A stretch of DNA of 64,000 bases from an uncultured Verrucomicrobiae bacterium (GCA_963769025.1 CAVYKI010000006.1:224001-288000), one strand, 5' to 3'; shown: positions 42,892 through 53,080, counted from the stretch's first letter. Notes: generated by a model from the sequence alone, not told the origin. Numbers and translations are program-made.

Positions 42892-43254
42892 TCAGTCGTT
42901 CATTTCCCAGCCGACCACCACGCCATCGTCGAGCGTGACTTTCAGGCCGAAGCGGTTGCGGGCGGTGGGGCGATACTTCCAGATTTCCTTGGTCTTCGTC
43001 TTGAGCACTTTCCGGTCGATGTCCTCGGGCTTGCCGAGGGAATCGAGGAGCTGCTCCTCGGTTTCTCCCTGCCAGATGACGCCGCGCATGATGCGGCGGG
43101 CGATTTCGGGATCACCGTATCTTTCCGTGAGATGGCGGCGCCGCTGGCGATAGCCCCAGATGCAGATGGCGACGACGAGGAGAGCGACCGCGAGTGTCGC
43201 CAGGCCGATCTGCCGCCACTCGAAGGCGGCGAGCGTGGCAAAGGATAGGCACAT
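42892..43254 (-). CDS. Membrane-anchored hypothetical protein with a SmpA/OmlA-like small domain
   Basis: TM helix, then W.G.TEEQL..SLG.P...KEIWKY...V.L.DG.V.GW. Confidence 0.7.
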   Translation of the reverse strand: MCLSFATLAAFEWRQIGLATLAVALLVVAICIWGYRQRRRHLTERYGDPEIARRIMRGVIWQGETEEQLLDSLGKPEDIDRKVLKTKTKEIWKYRPTARNRFGLKVTLDDGVVVGWEMND

Positions 43255-43358
43255 GAAAGCCGGGTATCAGTGTCGGTCCGCGCCGCCAAGTCAGAAGCAC
43301 TTTTCCGCTTCCTGCGCCGGGATGAAGCGAAGCACCCGGACGGGCGGTCAAAATGACA

Positions 43359-44744
43359 TCAGGCCGGATGCTTCCACGGAGCGCGATATTCGCGGCGGAG
43401 GAGCTTGTCCGCCTCGGCATCGCCGGCGATGTGGCGCTTCACGGGATCGTAGGCGAGCGGGACGGCCGCCGAGCTTCATCGCGAGCATTGGCGAGGATGC
43501 AGCTCGCGGTGGAGATGTGGCCCTCCTCGATGTCGGCGATTGGCTTGCTGCGTTTCTCGATCGCGGCGAGAAAATCGAGCATGTGGCGGCGTGTGGCGGG
43601 CGCGGCATTCAGCTCGTTGTCCTTTTCGGTCACGTCCTCGGGGTACTGCTCCTTTTCGAAGACGCAGTCGAAGTGGATCGGCTTGGCGTTCTTGTCATGC
43701 GGGATGAAGTCCGCGCGCATCGTGCTCACCTTGAGCGTGCCTTTTTCCCCGTGGATGAAGAGCGCCCACGGATACTCCGGGATCGGTCGGCACGCCCCAC
43801 GAGCGGTGCTTCCAGGCGCAGTTGAAGCCGTCGTACTCGAAGATCGCGGTCTGCGTGTCGGGGATGTTCGACTTGCCTTCCTTCTGCACGAGGATGCCGC
43901 CCTGTGAGCTGACGCGCTTCGGCCAGCCGAGGCCGAGCATCCAGCGCGCGGTGTCGAGCATGTGGACGCACATGTCGCCGAGGATGCCGTTGCCGTATTC
44001 CATGAAAGTGCGCCACCAGCGCTTGTGCGGGAGCCCGTCGTACGGCCGCAGCGGCGCGGGGCCGGTCCACATCTCGTAGTCGAGGAAATCGGGCACGGGC
44101 TCCACGGGCGGGTTGCCGTTCGCGCGCATGTGGAAGTAGCAGCACATGTCCACGTGGCCGATTTTCCCGAGCAGGCCGGCGTCGACGATTTGCTTCTTCG
44201 CCTCGATGAGGTGTGGCGTGCTCTTCCGCTGCGTGCCGATCTGCACCACGCGGCCGAGCTTGCGCGCGGCGTCGAGCATCGCCTCGCCCTCGCGCACATC
44301 CACGCTGATCGGCTTCTGGCAATACACGTCCGCGCCCGCCTCCAGCGCGGCGATGCAGTGCAGCGCGTGCCAGTGGTCCGGCGAGCCGATGAGCACGATG
44401 TCCGGCTTTTCCTTCAGCAGCTCGCGATAGTCGGCAAATGTCGGCGGCGCCTTTTTCGACTTCTGCCGCTGGCTGGCAATTTCGACCGCGCCCGCGAGCA
44501 TGTTCTTGTCCGGATCGCAAATGCCGACGATTTCGACCGGCGCGACCTGCACGAGCCGCCACAGGTCGCTCTTGCCGTACCATCCTGCGCCGATAAGCCC
44601 GACGCGGCGCGGCTTGCCGGTGATGTCGAGCGCATCGGCTCCGAGCGCCGAAAGTGCGAGGGACGCCGCGCTGGTCTGAAGGAAGCGGCGGCGGCTGAGG
44701 TGGAAGGGCTGAAGTGGCGCGGGCGAAATCCGGGGAGAGTTCAT
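43359..44744 (-). CDS. Tat-exported Gfo/Idh/MocA oxidoreductase; frameshifts near 43785 and 43460
   Basis: SRRRFLQ, GLIGAGWYG, GSPDHWH, YCQKP, DYEMWTGPAP, GDMCVHMLD; ends ...EYRAPWKHPA*. Confidence 0.88.
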
Positions 44745-44889
44745 GGGCGGAACCTTGCACGCCCCCGGCGCGCGAAGGCAATCCCGGCGTCGCGACAAAT
44801 TTGGTGAAAGAAAACGTACTTGCGGCTAAGAGTGTCTGGGTTCGGGCATTTACCTGCCGAACACCCTCAATTTCCGCCTTTTTCCCGTC

Positions 44890-47229
44890 ATGAAACGCAT
44901 CGCCATCCTCGCATCCTGCATCGTCCCCGCAATTTCCGCCTGGGCCGGTTCCCCCTCGGTGGGCCAGATCATCCCGTCCGGAGGGCAGCGAGGCACCGAG
45001 ACGGAAGTCACGGTGACGGGCGGCAACCTCGGCGATGCGCGCACGCTGCTTTTTGACCAGCCCGGAATCGAGTGCCTGAGCCTGAGCGAGGTGGCGGCTG
45101 GCAAGTTCAAGGCCAAGCTGAAAATCGCGCCCGATGCGCGGCTGGGCGAATACTATTTCCGGGCAATCACAAACTCCGGCATCGGCGACGTGCGGCTCTT
45201 TTACGTGTCCCCCTATCCGGTCGTGAAGGAGGCCGTCGAGGACCCGAAGGATCCTTACGCGGTGCAGCCCGCGACTCTCGGCACGACGATCTACGGCACA
45301 AGCCCGGGGGAGGATCAGGACCACTTCGAAATCGAAGCCAAGAAGGGGCAGCGGATCTCCGCCGAGGTCGTGGGTGTGCGGCTCTCCTCGCAGGCGTTTT
45401 TCGACGCGTACCTGAAAATCACCACTGCCGACGGGAAGGACCTCGCGGAATTGGACGACTCCTCTTTCACGCGGCAGGATCCGGTGTTGAGCGTCATCGC
45501 GCCGCAGGATGGCAAGTACCGCGTCATCCTCCGCGACTCGACGAACAGCGGCGGCGGCGCGGGAAACTATCTCCTGCACATCGGCTCGCACCCGCGTCCC
45601 ACAACGACGTTTCCGCTCGGCGGAATGGCGGGCGAGACGGTGAAGTTCACCATGCTCGGGGATGCGTCCGGGCCCTTCGAGCAAACGGTGAAGCTGCCTG
45701 CGGAACCGCAGGAGCGGTTCGAGATTTGCGCGGAGAAGGACGGCATCACCGCGCCGCAACCGAATTTCATCCGCGTGTCGCCTTTCCCGAACGCGATGGA
45801 GGTGGAGCCGAACAACACCGTCCAGACGGCGACGCCGGTCAAATACGCGCCGCCGGTCGCGCTCAACGGCATCATCCAGGAAAAAGGCGACGTGGATTAC
45901 TTCAAGATCACCGCGCAGAAGGGGATGGTTTACGAAGTCAACGTGCGCGCACGCATGCTGCGCTCGCCGCTCGATTCCGTGCTGGAGATTTACAACGACA
46001 AGGGCGCGCGGCTCGTGCTGAACGACGACGCAGGGAACCCCGACAGCTACCTGCGGTGGACTGCTCCGGCGGATGGCGATTTCTTCGTGGCAGTCCGTGA
46101 CCAGCTCCTGCGCGGCGGACCGCTCTTCACCTATCGTGTGGAAATGTCGAAGGTGGAGCCAGCGCTGCTCACGTATCTGCCGGAAGTGGTGCAAAACAGC
46201 TCGCAGCAGCGCCGCGCGGTGCCGGTGCCGAAGGGAAACCGCTACGCGACGCTCGTGCAGTTGAAGCGCGCGGATGTGGCTGGCGATGCAGAGCTTGAGC
46301 CCAAGGATTTGCCCGCCGGCGTGACCGCGGCATTCGACAAGGTGGACAAGGCCGTGGATCGCGTGGCGATGGTCTTCGAGGCCAAGCCGGACGCCACCGC
46401 TGCGCAAAAGAGTTTCACCATCCTGGCGAAGCCCACCGAGCCGCCGAAGGACATTACGGTCGCTGCCCGCGTGGCGCACCGCGTCGAGGTCGCCGAAAAC
46501 GGCAACCAGCGGGCTTACTACGGCGTGGACGAAAACGCGCTGCCCATCGCGGTGACGGACGAGGTGCCGCTCACCATCAATTGCGTGCAGTCGAAGGTGC
46601 CGATTCTGCAGAGCGGCTCGATGGCGCTGAAGGTCGTCGTCGAACGGAAAAACGACTTCAAGGGACCGGTGGACATCCAGGTCATCTGGGCCCCGCCGGG
46701 CATCGGCACGCCCGGTGTGGTGAGCATTCCCGCCGACAAGGCGGAGGGGAGCATCACCATCAGCGCAACCGCCACCGCACCCATAGCAAAATGGAAGACG
46801 GCCATCATCGGCAGCGCGGATTTCGGCAAAGGAGCGACGTGGATCAGCACGCAGCTTTTTGACATCGAGATCGCGGCCCCTTTTGTGGGCGGCACCATCG
46901 TGCGCACTTTCATCGACCAGGGAGGTGAAGGTTCGATGACCGTGAAACTCGACCAGAAGAGTGCATTCGAGGGCAAGGCCAAGGTCGCGCTCGTCGGCCT
47001 GCCGCAGGGCGTGACTTCCGAGGAACGCGAGATCACCAAGGCCGACGCGGAGGTCAAATTCCCGCTGAAGGCCACGCCCACCGCGCAGGTCGGGCAGCAC
47101 AAGACGATTTTTGTTTCCTACACGCTCGTCCGTGATGGCGAGACGATGACGAACACCATCGCCAGCGGCGGAATTCTCCGCGTGGACAAATCCACGACCG
47201 CCGGAAAAGTCGCCGATACCAAGAAGTAA
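44890..47229 (+). CDS. PPC (pre-peptidase C-terminal) domain repeat protein of PVC bacteria
   Basis: Signal peptide, P.GGQRGTE.EV...G, EVEPNN, GDVDYF, SPLDS.L...NDD..NPDS, two FP.GG/PPC modules. Confidence 0.85.
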   Translation: MKRIAILASCIVPAISAWAGSPSVGQIIPSGGQRGTETEVTVTGGNLGDARTLLFDQPGIECLSLSEVAAGKFKAKLKIAPDARLGEYYFRAITNSGIGDVRLFYVSPYPVVKEAVEDPKDPYAVQPATLGTTIYGTSPGEDQDHFEIEAKKGQRISAEVVGVRLSSQAFFDAYLKITTADGKDLAELDDSSFTRQDPVLSVIAPQDGKYRVILRDSTNSGGGAGNYLLHIGSHPRPTTTFPLGGMAGETVKFTMLGDASGPFEQTVKLPAEPQERFEICAEKDGITAPQPNFIRVSPFPNAMEVEPNNTVQTATPVKYAPPVALNGIIQEKGDVDYFKITAQKGMVYEVNVRARMLRSPLDSVLEIYNDKGARLVLNDDAGNPDSYLRWTAPADGDFFVAVRDQLLRGGPLFTYRVEMSKVEPALLTYLPEVVQNSSQQRRAVPVPKGNRYATLVQLKRADVAGDAELEPKDLPAGVTAAFDKVDKAVDRVAMVFEAKPDATAAQKSFTILAKPTEPPKDITVAARVAHRVEVAENGNQRAYYGVDENALPIAVTDEVPLTINCVQSKVPILQSGSMALKVVVERKNDFKGPVDIQVIWAPPGIGTPGVVSIPADKAEGSITISATATAPIAKWKTAIIGSADFGKGATWISTQLFDIEIAAPFVGGTIVRTFIDQGGEGSMTVKLDQKSAFEGKAKVALVGLPQGVTSEEREITKADAEVKFPLKATPTAQVGQHKTIFVSYTLVRDGETMTNTIASGGILRVDKSTTAGKVADTKK

Positions 47230-47312
47230 GCCACGAATAATCCCATCGTCGGGCCAAAGAAAGCGGCCCGGCAGAGATACTTGCCAATAAGTTCACACCT
47301 GAGACTCCACCC

Positions 47313-49730
47313 ATGCAAAAAGCCATCCATTTCCTGCCGCTCGTATTTACATTCGCCGGAGTCAGCCTTGCGGCGAACAACTTCGAGGTGTTCCCCGCCG
47401 AGGTGAACCTCAAATTCCTCCGGGACCAGCAGTCGCTCGTCTGCCGCGTTACGGAGCCCAATGGCGTCCACCGCAACGTGACGGCGCAGGCAAAGATGAC
47501 TTTCGCCGATCCTTCCAAGGCCCGGGTCCAGGCCGGCACCGTTTTCCCCGTCGCCGACGGACAGACCAAGCTGAAGGTCGAATACAACGGACAGTCTGTG
47601 GAGATCCCTGTGAAGGTCGAGGAGGCGAAGACCGAGCAGCCGATCTCGTTCAGCAACGATGTGATGCCCATTTTCATGCGCAACAACTGCAACAGCGGCG
47701 GCTGCCACGGCTCCGCGCGCGGCAAGGACGGCTTCATGCTCTCGCTTTTCGGATACGACCCGCAGGGGGATTATTTCCGCATCACCCGCCAGCAGATCGG
47801 CCGGCGCATCAATCTCGGAACACCGGATGCCTCCATGCTCGTCACCAAGAGCAACGGCGAGGCGCCGCACACCGGCGGCAAGCTTTTCACCAAGGACAGC
47901 GACAACTGCAAGACGCTCATCCGCTGGATCGAGGCCGGTGCACCGAATGACGTCGCCGGAATCTCAGAGGCCACGAGCCTGGAGATTCTGCCGAAGCAGA
48001 TCCTGCTCGAGGCGCCGGACCAGAAATTCCAAATCACCGTCCGCGCCCACTACAGCGATGGCACCGATCGCGACGTGACCAAGCTTGCGCTCTTCATGAG
48101 CAGCAACGACGGCTCGGCGAAGATCGACAAGGAAGGCGTGATCACCACCGGTCAGCGCGGCGAGGCATTTGTCATGGCGCGCTTCCACACGTTCACCGTG
48201 GGCACGCAGGTCATCATCATCCCGAAGAACCTCCAGTACACCAAGGCGAAGGTCGAGGAGTGGAACTACGTGGATCAGCTCGTGAATGCGAAACTCGACA
48301 AGCTGCGCATTTTCCCGAGCGGCATCTGCGACGACGAGACGTTCCTCCGCCGCGCGAACATCGACATCACCGGCACGCTCCCGACCTCCGACGAGGTGAA
48401 GGCATTCATCGCCGACAAGGACCCGCAAAAGCGCGGCAAGAAGGTGGATCAGCTCCTCGCCCGGAAGGAATTCGTGGACATCTGGGCGATGAAGTGGAGC
48501 GAGTTGCTCCAGATCCGCAGTGGCAACAACCAAGCGCAGGCCAGCTACAAGTCCGTGCTCACGTACTACAACTGGATCCGTGAGGAGCTGGAGAAGAATG
48601 TCCCAGTGAATGAAATGGTGCGGAAATTGGTTTCCTCCACCGGCTCGAACTTGGAAAATCCGGCGACGAACTACTATGAGCTGGAGGTCGATTCGCTGAA
48701 GCTCGCGGAAAACGCCGCGCAGGCGTTCTTCGGCACGCGCATCCAGTGCGCACAGTGCCACAATCACCCGTTCGACCGGTGGACGATGGCCGACTACCGC
48801 GGATTCGTCTCCTTCTTCACGCAGGTCGGCCGCAAGCAAGGCGAGGATCCGCGCGAGCGCATCGTCTATAACTCCGGCGGCGGCGAGGCGCGCCATCCCT
48901 TGGACAACAAGGTCATCCCGCCGAAATTCCTCGGTGAGGAGCAGCCGGATTGCACGGGCAAGGATCGCCGCCAGGTGCTCGCCGACTGGATTGCCTCACC
49001 GAAAAACCCATTCTTCCCGCGCCACATCGCGAACCTCGTCTGGGCGCAGTACATGGGCCGCGGCATCGTCGAGCCCGTGGACGACGCGCGCATCTCGAAT
49101 CCGCCGAGCAATCCCGAGTTGATCGACGGACTTTCTGCAAAGCTCGTCGAATACAACTACGACATGCGCCGCCTCGTCCGCGACATCTGCACCAGCGCCG
49201 CCTACCAGCGCGCGACGCGCGAGAATGAATCGAACGCGCTCGATGACCGCAATTTTGCGAAAGCCACCATCCGGCGCATGCGCTCGGAGGTGATGCTCGA
49301 CTGCATCACGCAGATCACCGAGACGAAGGACAAATACAAAGGACTCCCGCTCGGTGCACGCTCCGTGGAAATCGCCGACGGCCGGACGACCAGCTACTTC
49401 CTGACCACGTTTGGCCGCAGCGATCGTGAGAACATCTGCTCCCGCGAGCAGGTCGGCCCGACGCTCAGCCAGGCGCTGCACATGCTCAACGGCGACACCG
49501 TCGAGGGCAAAATTGCCGCCGGCGGCGTGGTCCAGAAACTCATGAAGGCGAACATGACGCCGCGTGAGGTCGCAGCCGAACTCTTCCTCCGCTGCTTCGG
49601 CCGCAGTCCGACCGAACAGGAACTCGTGAAACTCGAGGAGCATTGGGGCGTCACCGAGGAGCAGCCGAAGGTGTACACCGACATCTTCTGGGCGCTCATG
49701 AACGCCAAGGAGTTCATGTTCAACCACTGA
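47313..49730 (+). CDS. DUF1549/DUF1553 (PSCyt2/PSD1) protein with Ig-like domains
   Basis: SF.NDVMPI...CNSGGCHG, D.TFLRR..IDITG.LPT, CAQCHNHPFDRW, GRGIVEPVDD....NPPSNPEL, QALH.LNG, EFMFNH. Confidence 0.9.
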   Translation: MQKAIHFLPLVFTFAGVSLAANNFEVFPAEVNLKFLRDQQSLVCRVTEPNGVHRNVTAQAKMTFADPSKARVQAGTVFPVADGQTKLKVEYNGQSVEIPVKVEEAKTEQPISFSNDVMPIFMRNNCNSGGCHGSARGKDGFMLSLFGYDPQGDYFRITRQQIGRRINLGTPDASMLVTKSNGEAPHTGGKLFTKDSDNCKTLIRWIEAGAPNDVAGISEATSLEILPKQILLEAPDQKFQITVRAHYSDGTDRDVTKLALFMSSNDGSAKIDKEGVITTGQRGEAFVMARFHTFTVGTQVIIIPKNLQYTKAKVEEWNYVDQLVNAKLDKLRIFPSGICDDETFLRRANIDITGTLPTSDEVKAFIADKDPQKRGKKVDQLLARKEFVDIWAMKWSELLQIRSGNNQAQASYKSVLTYYNWIREELEKNVPVNEMVRKLVSSTGSNLENPATNYYELEVDSLKLAENAAQAFFGTRIQCAQCHNHPFDRWTMADYRGFVSFFTQVGRKQGEDPRERIVYNSGGGEARHPLDNKVIPPKFLGEEQPDCTGKDRRQVLADWIASPKNPFFPRHIANLVWAQYMGRGIVEPVDDARISNPPSNPELIDGLSAKLVEYNYDMRRLVRDICTSAAYQRATRENESNALDDRNFAKATIRRMRSEVMLDCITQITETKDKYKGLPLGARSVEIADGRTTSYFLTTFGRSDRENICSREQVGPTLSQALHMLNGDTVEGKIAAGGVVQKLMKANMTPREVAAELFLRCFGRSPTEQELVKLEEHWGVTEEQPKVYTDIFWALMNAKEFMFNH

Positions 49731-49915
49731 GCCTGCGGCTTCGGGTTGTCTGGAAGCGCGTTCAAAATTTACCGACTCCCGAAGCGGGCGGCGGGCGTTG
49801 ATTATTGACCCGCATGCTCCTGGGACGGGAAGGCTGTGGGGCATGGAATCTACCGAACCGGGTCAACCGGTGAAGGTGGGCGCCGCCGAGACCGGCAGCA
49901 CCATGTTGGCCGGGC

Positions 49916-51061
49916 TTGACGCTGAGCGCCGAATCGAAACGCTCCCGTTCTGTGCTGATTCCGGCCAACGCGACTGAACTCTGCGACGCAATCCGTGCGC
50001 ATCCGCGCCTGCTTGCTAGCGGAGCGCGGACGAAGCCGCGGCTTTCGGCGGTGGCAGGGGATGTTGCGCTGATTTCCACCCGGGGGCTCGCCGGCATCAC
50101 CGCTTACGATCCGGGCGAATTTACCTTCACCGCGCTCGCGGGCACGCCGCTGCGCGAAATCCGTGCGGCGCTCGCGGAGCGCGGGCAGTATCTCCCGTTC
50201 GATCCGCCGCTCACGGACGCGGGTGCGACCATCGGCGGCACCGTGGCAGCGGGCCTCAGCGGGTCGGGGCGCTTTCGCTACGGCGGCGTGCGCGACTTCA
50301 TCCTCGCCGTGCAGTTTGCCGACGGTGCCGGCCAACTTCTCCGCGGCGGCGCGAAGGTCGTGAAGAATGCGGCGGGCTTCGACATTCCGAAATTTCTCGT
50401 CGGGAGCTGCGGCCGTTTCGGCGTGCTAGTGGAGGTGACGTTCAAGGTCTTCCCGGCTCCTCAGTCGTGGCTGACGTTGCGCATTCCGTGCGCGGGCGCG
50501 GCCGAGGCCGCGGCCCGCATCGCGCAAGGCGCGTCCTCCCGATGGGAACTCGACGCGCTCGACTACCTCGGAATGCGGGATGCGGGATGCGGAATGCGGA
50601 ATGAGGGCTGCCTGCTCGCGCGTATCGGCGGCCCTGCCGCGGCAAACGCTGCGCTGGCCGTCGAAATCGAACAGGCATGGCCCGGCGCAACCGTCCTCCA
50701 CGAAGCTGAGGCGGACAGCGCGTGGTCGGGTCTTCGCGAGTTTGCGTGGGCGCATGCGGATGGCGTGCTCGTGAAAATCCCGATTACACTCGGTGCACTC
50801 GCTCCGGTATCGGCGTCGCTCGCAAAACTCCCCGGTGCCCGCGGACATTTCAGCGCCGGGGGCAATGTGGCGTTCGTTTCACTTCCCGGCGCCGAGCAAG
50901 TCGGACAACTCGACGCCGAACTCCGCGCGTTCGGGCTCACGGCCCTCGTCCTTCGGGGGGCAATCGCACCCGCGCGCCTGGGAATTTGGCGCGAGCCCGC
51001 CATTGCTGAGAATGTGCGGGCGGTGTTCGATCCCTCCGGGCGTTTTGCTCCGCTCACATGA
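49916..51061 (+). CDS. glcE: FAD-binding oxidoreductase, glycolate oxidase GlcE-like (true start may be the GTG near 49952)
   Basis: GI..Y.P.E.T.TA.AGTPL, LPFDPP, TIGG.VAAG.SG..R.RYG..RD, GG.KVVKN.AGFD. Confidence 0.8.
   Translation: MTLSAESKRSRSVLIPANATELCDAIRAHPRLLASGARTKPRLSAVAGDVALISTRGLAGITAYDPGEFTFTALAGTPLREIRAALAERGQYLPFDPPLTDAGATIGGTVAAGLSGSGRFRYGGVRDFILAVQFADGAGQLLRGGAKVVKNAAGFDIPKFLVGSCGRFGVLVEVTFKVFPAPQSWLTLRIPCAGAAEAAARIAQGASSRWELDALDYLGMRDAGCGMRNEGCLLARIGGPAAANAALAVEIEQAWPGATVLHEAEADSAWSGLREFAWAHADGVLVKIPITLGALAPVSASLAKLPGARGHFSAGGNVAFVSLPGAEQVGQLDAELRAFGLTALVLRGAIAPARLGIWREPAIAENVRAVFDPSGRFAPLT
50571..50605 (+). repeat. Five heptamer repeats inside the glcE-like CDS
   Basis: GAATGCG GGATGCG GGATGCG GAATGCG GAATGAG, translating as GMRDAGCGMRNE. 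Confidence 0.85.
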
Positions 51062-52011
51062 AATCAAAAGCCACCTCCCGAAAGCCGCGGCGCAAGAAAC
51101 CCGGCGAGATCGCGACATTGTCGCAGGGGCTTTTTTCCATCGCCCTGCCGGGTGCAGAGCCGGCACCCCGAACGTCCGCGCCTCCAGCGCGCACGGTGCT
51201 CGATCTCCGTCTCGGCGACTGCATCGCCGGAATGCGTGCGCTCCCTCCGGATTCCGTGGATCTCGTTGTCACCTCGCCGCCGTACAATCTCGACATCGCC
51301 TACGGCAAGTTCCGCGACGACGCGCCGCGCGAGGCGTATCTCGACTGGTGCGAGCGCTGGGCGACGGAAGTGCGACGCGTTTTGAAACCCGACGGCTCCT
51401 TTTTCCTCAACGTCGGCGCCGCTCCCGCAAATCCGTGGTTTCCGCACGAGGTTGCGCTCCGGCTGAGGAAGCTCTTCGTCCTGCAAAACACGCTGCACTG
51501 GGTGAAGTCCATCACCATCCAGCCAAAGGGCGGCGAGGAAATCTCGGCAGGACATTTCAAGCCGCTCAACAGCAGGCGATACATCAACGACTGCCACGAA
51601 TACATTTTTCACCTCACGCGGAACGGCGACACGCCCCTGGACCGCCTCGGCGTCGGCGTCGCGTACATGGACAAGAGCAACATCGCGCGCTGGGGCCACA
51701 CGGGCGGGAAGGACAGGCGCTGCCGGGGAAATAATTGGTTCATCCCGTATAAGACGATCTCGAGCAGGGCGGGGGAGCGCCCACATCCCGCGACTTTTCC
51801 CGCGCAGCTTGCGGAGTGGTGCATCCGGCTCCATGGCATGCGCGACGGACTCACCGTGCTCGATCCTTTCCTCGGCATCGGCCACGCGGCGGAGGGCGCG
51901 TGCGCGTGCGGCGTGGGGAAGTTCATCGGATTCGAGATTGACGCGGGCTACCTCGGCGAGGCGTGTAAGCGCCTTGGCGTGCCGGTTCCGAAGCCGCGGC
52001 GCGCTGACTGA
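51058..52011 (+). CDS. Orphan beta-class site-specific DNA methyltransferase (N4-cytosine-type SPPY)
   Basis: GDC...M, VDLVVTSPPYN, RVLKPDGS, HEYIF, HPATFP, VLDPFLGIG, GFEID; motif IV precedes motif I. Confidence 0.9.
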   Translation: MKSKATSRKPRRKKPGEIATLSQGLFSIALPGAEPAPRTSAPPARTVLDLRLGDCIAGMRALPPDSVDLVVTSPPYNLDIAYGKFRDDAPREAYLDWCERWATEVRRVLKPDGSFFLNVGAAPANPWFPHEVALRLRKLFVLQNTLHWVKSITIQPKGGEEISAGHFKPLNSRRYINDCHEYIFHLTRNGDTPLDRLGVGVAYMDKSNIARWGHTGGKDRRCRGNNWFIPYKTISSRAGERPHPATFPAQLAEWCIRLHGMRDGLTVLDPFLGIGHAAEGACACGVGKFIGFEIDAGYLGEACKRLGVPVPKPRRAD

Positions 52012-52962
52012 ATGCCCACCTTCATCCTCCGCCGCATCCTTGCGCTCGTGTTCGTCCTGCTCGTCGCGGTGACGGTCACCTTCTGCCTGCTGCGCATGGC
52101 GCCCGGAAATCCATTCGCGCTCGGCGAAAGGCAGTCCTCGCCCGAGACCATCGCCGCGCAGGAGCGAAAGTTTGATCTCGACGGACCCGTGTGGTCGCAG
52201 TGCCTCCGCTACCTCGGAATCACGAAGGGAAACAGCGGTCACCGCAGCGGACTGCTGCAGGGCGATCTGAAGCCGTGCCTCAAGTTCAAGGATCGCACGG
52301 TAGCCGAACTCATTTCGCAGGCGCTGCCGGTCTCCGCGATTCTCGGTGCCTCCGCGCTGCTCCTTGCCACGACCCTCGGCGTGGCGCTCGGCAGTATCGC
52401 CGCGCTGCGCAAGCACACGTGGATCGATGCCACGACGATGCTTGCCGCGCTCGCGGCGATCTCGGTGCCGACCTTTGTCACCGGACCCGCGCTGGTGCTC
52501 GTATTCTCGCTCTGGCTCGGCTGGCTGCCCGTCGGCGGATGGACGGGAATTTCCAGCCTGGTCCTGCCGGCGATCACGCTCGCGGGGCCATTCATCGCCT
52601 ACATCGCGCGGCTCACGCGCACGAGCATGCTGGAGGTGCTGAATCAGGATTTCGTTCGCACCGCGCACGCGAAAGGCCTCAGCGAAAGGCGCGTGCTCTG
52701 CAAGCACGTGCTGAAGGTCGGCATCCTGCCCGTCGTGAGCTTTCTCGGCCCGCTCGCTGCGAATCTGCTCACGGGATCGCTCGTCATCGAGTCGGTGTTC
52801 AGCCTTCCGGGCATGGGCGGCTTTTTCGTGAACTCCGTGCTCAACCGCGATGTCTTCCTCTGCTGCGGCAGCGTCACCGTTTACTGTACGCTGCTCGTCG
52901 GGATGAACCTCATCGTGGACATCACCTACAAGTGGCTCGACCCTCGCATCCGCCTCGAATGA
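52012..52962 (+). CDS. oppB: Oligopeptide/dipeptide ABC permease OppB-like
   Basis: APG.PF, GDL, S.PTF, LVLP, R..R.SM.EVL.QDF.RTA.AKG, E.VF..PG.G, LDPRI. Confidence 0.9.
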   Translation: MPTFILRRILALVFVLLVAVTVTFCLLRMAPGNPFALGERQSSPETIAAQERKFDLDGPVWSQCLRYLGITKGNSGHRSGLLQGDLKPCLKFKDRTVAELISQALPVSAILGASALLLATTLGVALGSIAALRKHTWIDATTMLAALAAISVPTFVTGPALVLVFSLWLGWLPVGGWTGISSLVLPAITLAGPFIAYIARLTRTSMLEVLNQDFVRTAHAKGLSERRVLCKHVLKVGILPVVSFLGPLAANLLTGSLVIESVFSLPGMGGFFVNSVLNRDVFLCCGSVTVYCTLLVGMNLIVDITYKWLDPRIRLE

Positions 52963-52965
52963 ACC

Positions 52966-53055
52966 GGGGAATCGAAATCGGAAGATGGAAGTTGGAAGAT
53001 GGCGTGCACCGCGTCGGCGGCTGGGATTTTTCCGTTTTCCATTTTCCGTTTCCCC
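52966..53055 (+). repeat. Heptamer-repeat hairpin in the oppB-oppC spacer
   Basis: CGGAAGATGGAAGTTGGAAGA (52979-52999) pairs with TTTTCCGTTTTCCATTTTCCG (53028-53048). Confidence 0.75.
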
Positions 53056-53080
53056 ACCCCACCGCCCGCGCGCACCAGAG

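Noticed and set aside
43726..47100. 1124-aa minus-strand ORF, and other long antisense ORFs such as 20234..22861, 32910..34742, 51064..53214 and 58321..60324
   Set aside because: Shadow frames of well-supported genes in GC-rich DNA, with Arg/Gly/His-rich composition and no motifs.
49738..49795. GCTTCGGG...CCCGAAGC inverted repeat as a terminator
   Set aside because: The loop is large and there is no U-tract; too weak to call.
51058..52011. Restriction-modification or defence island
   Set aside because: No nuclease, specificity subunit or other defence or mobility genes flank the methyltransferase.
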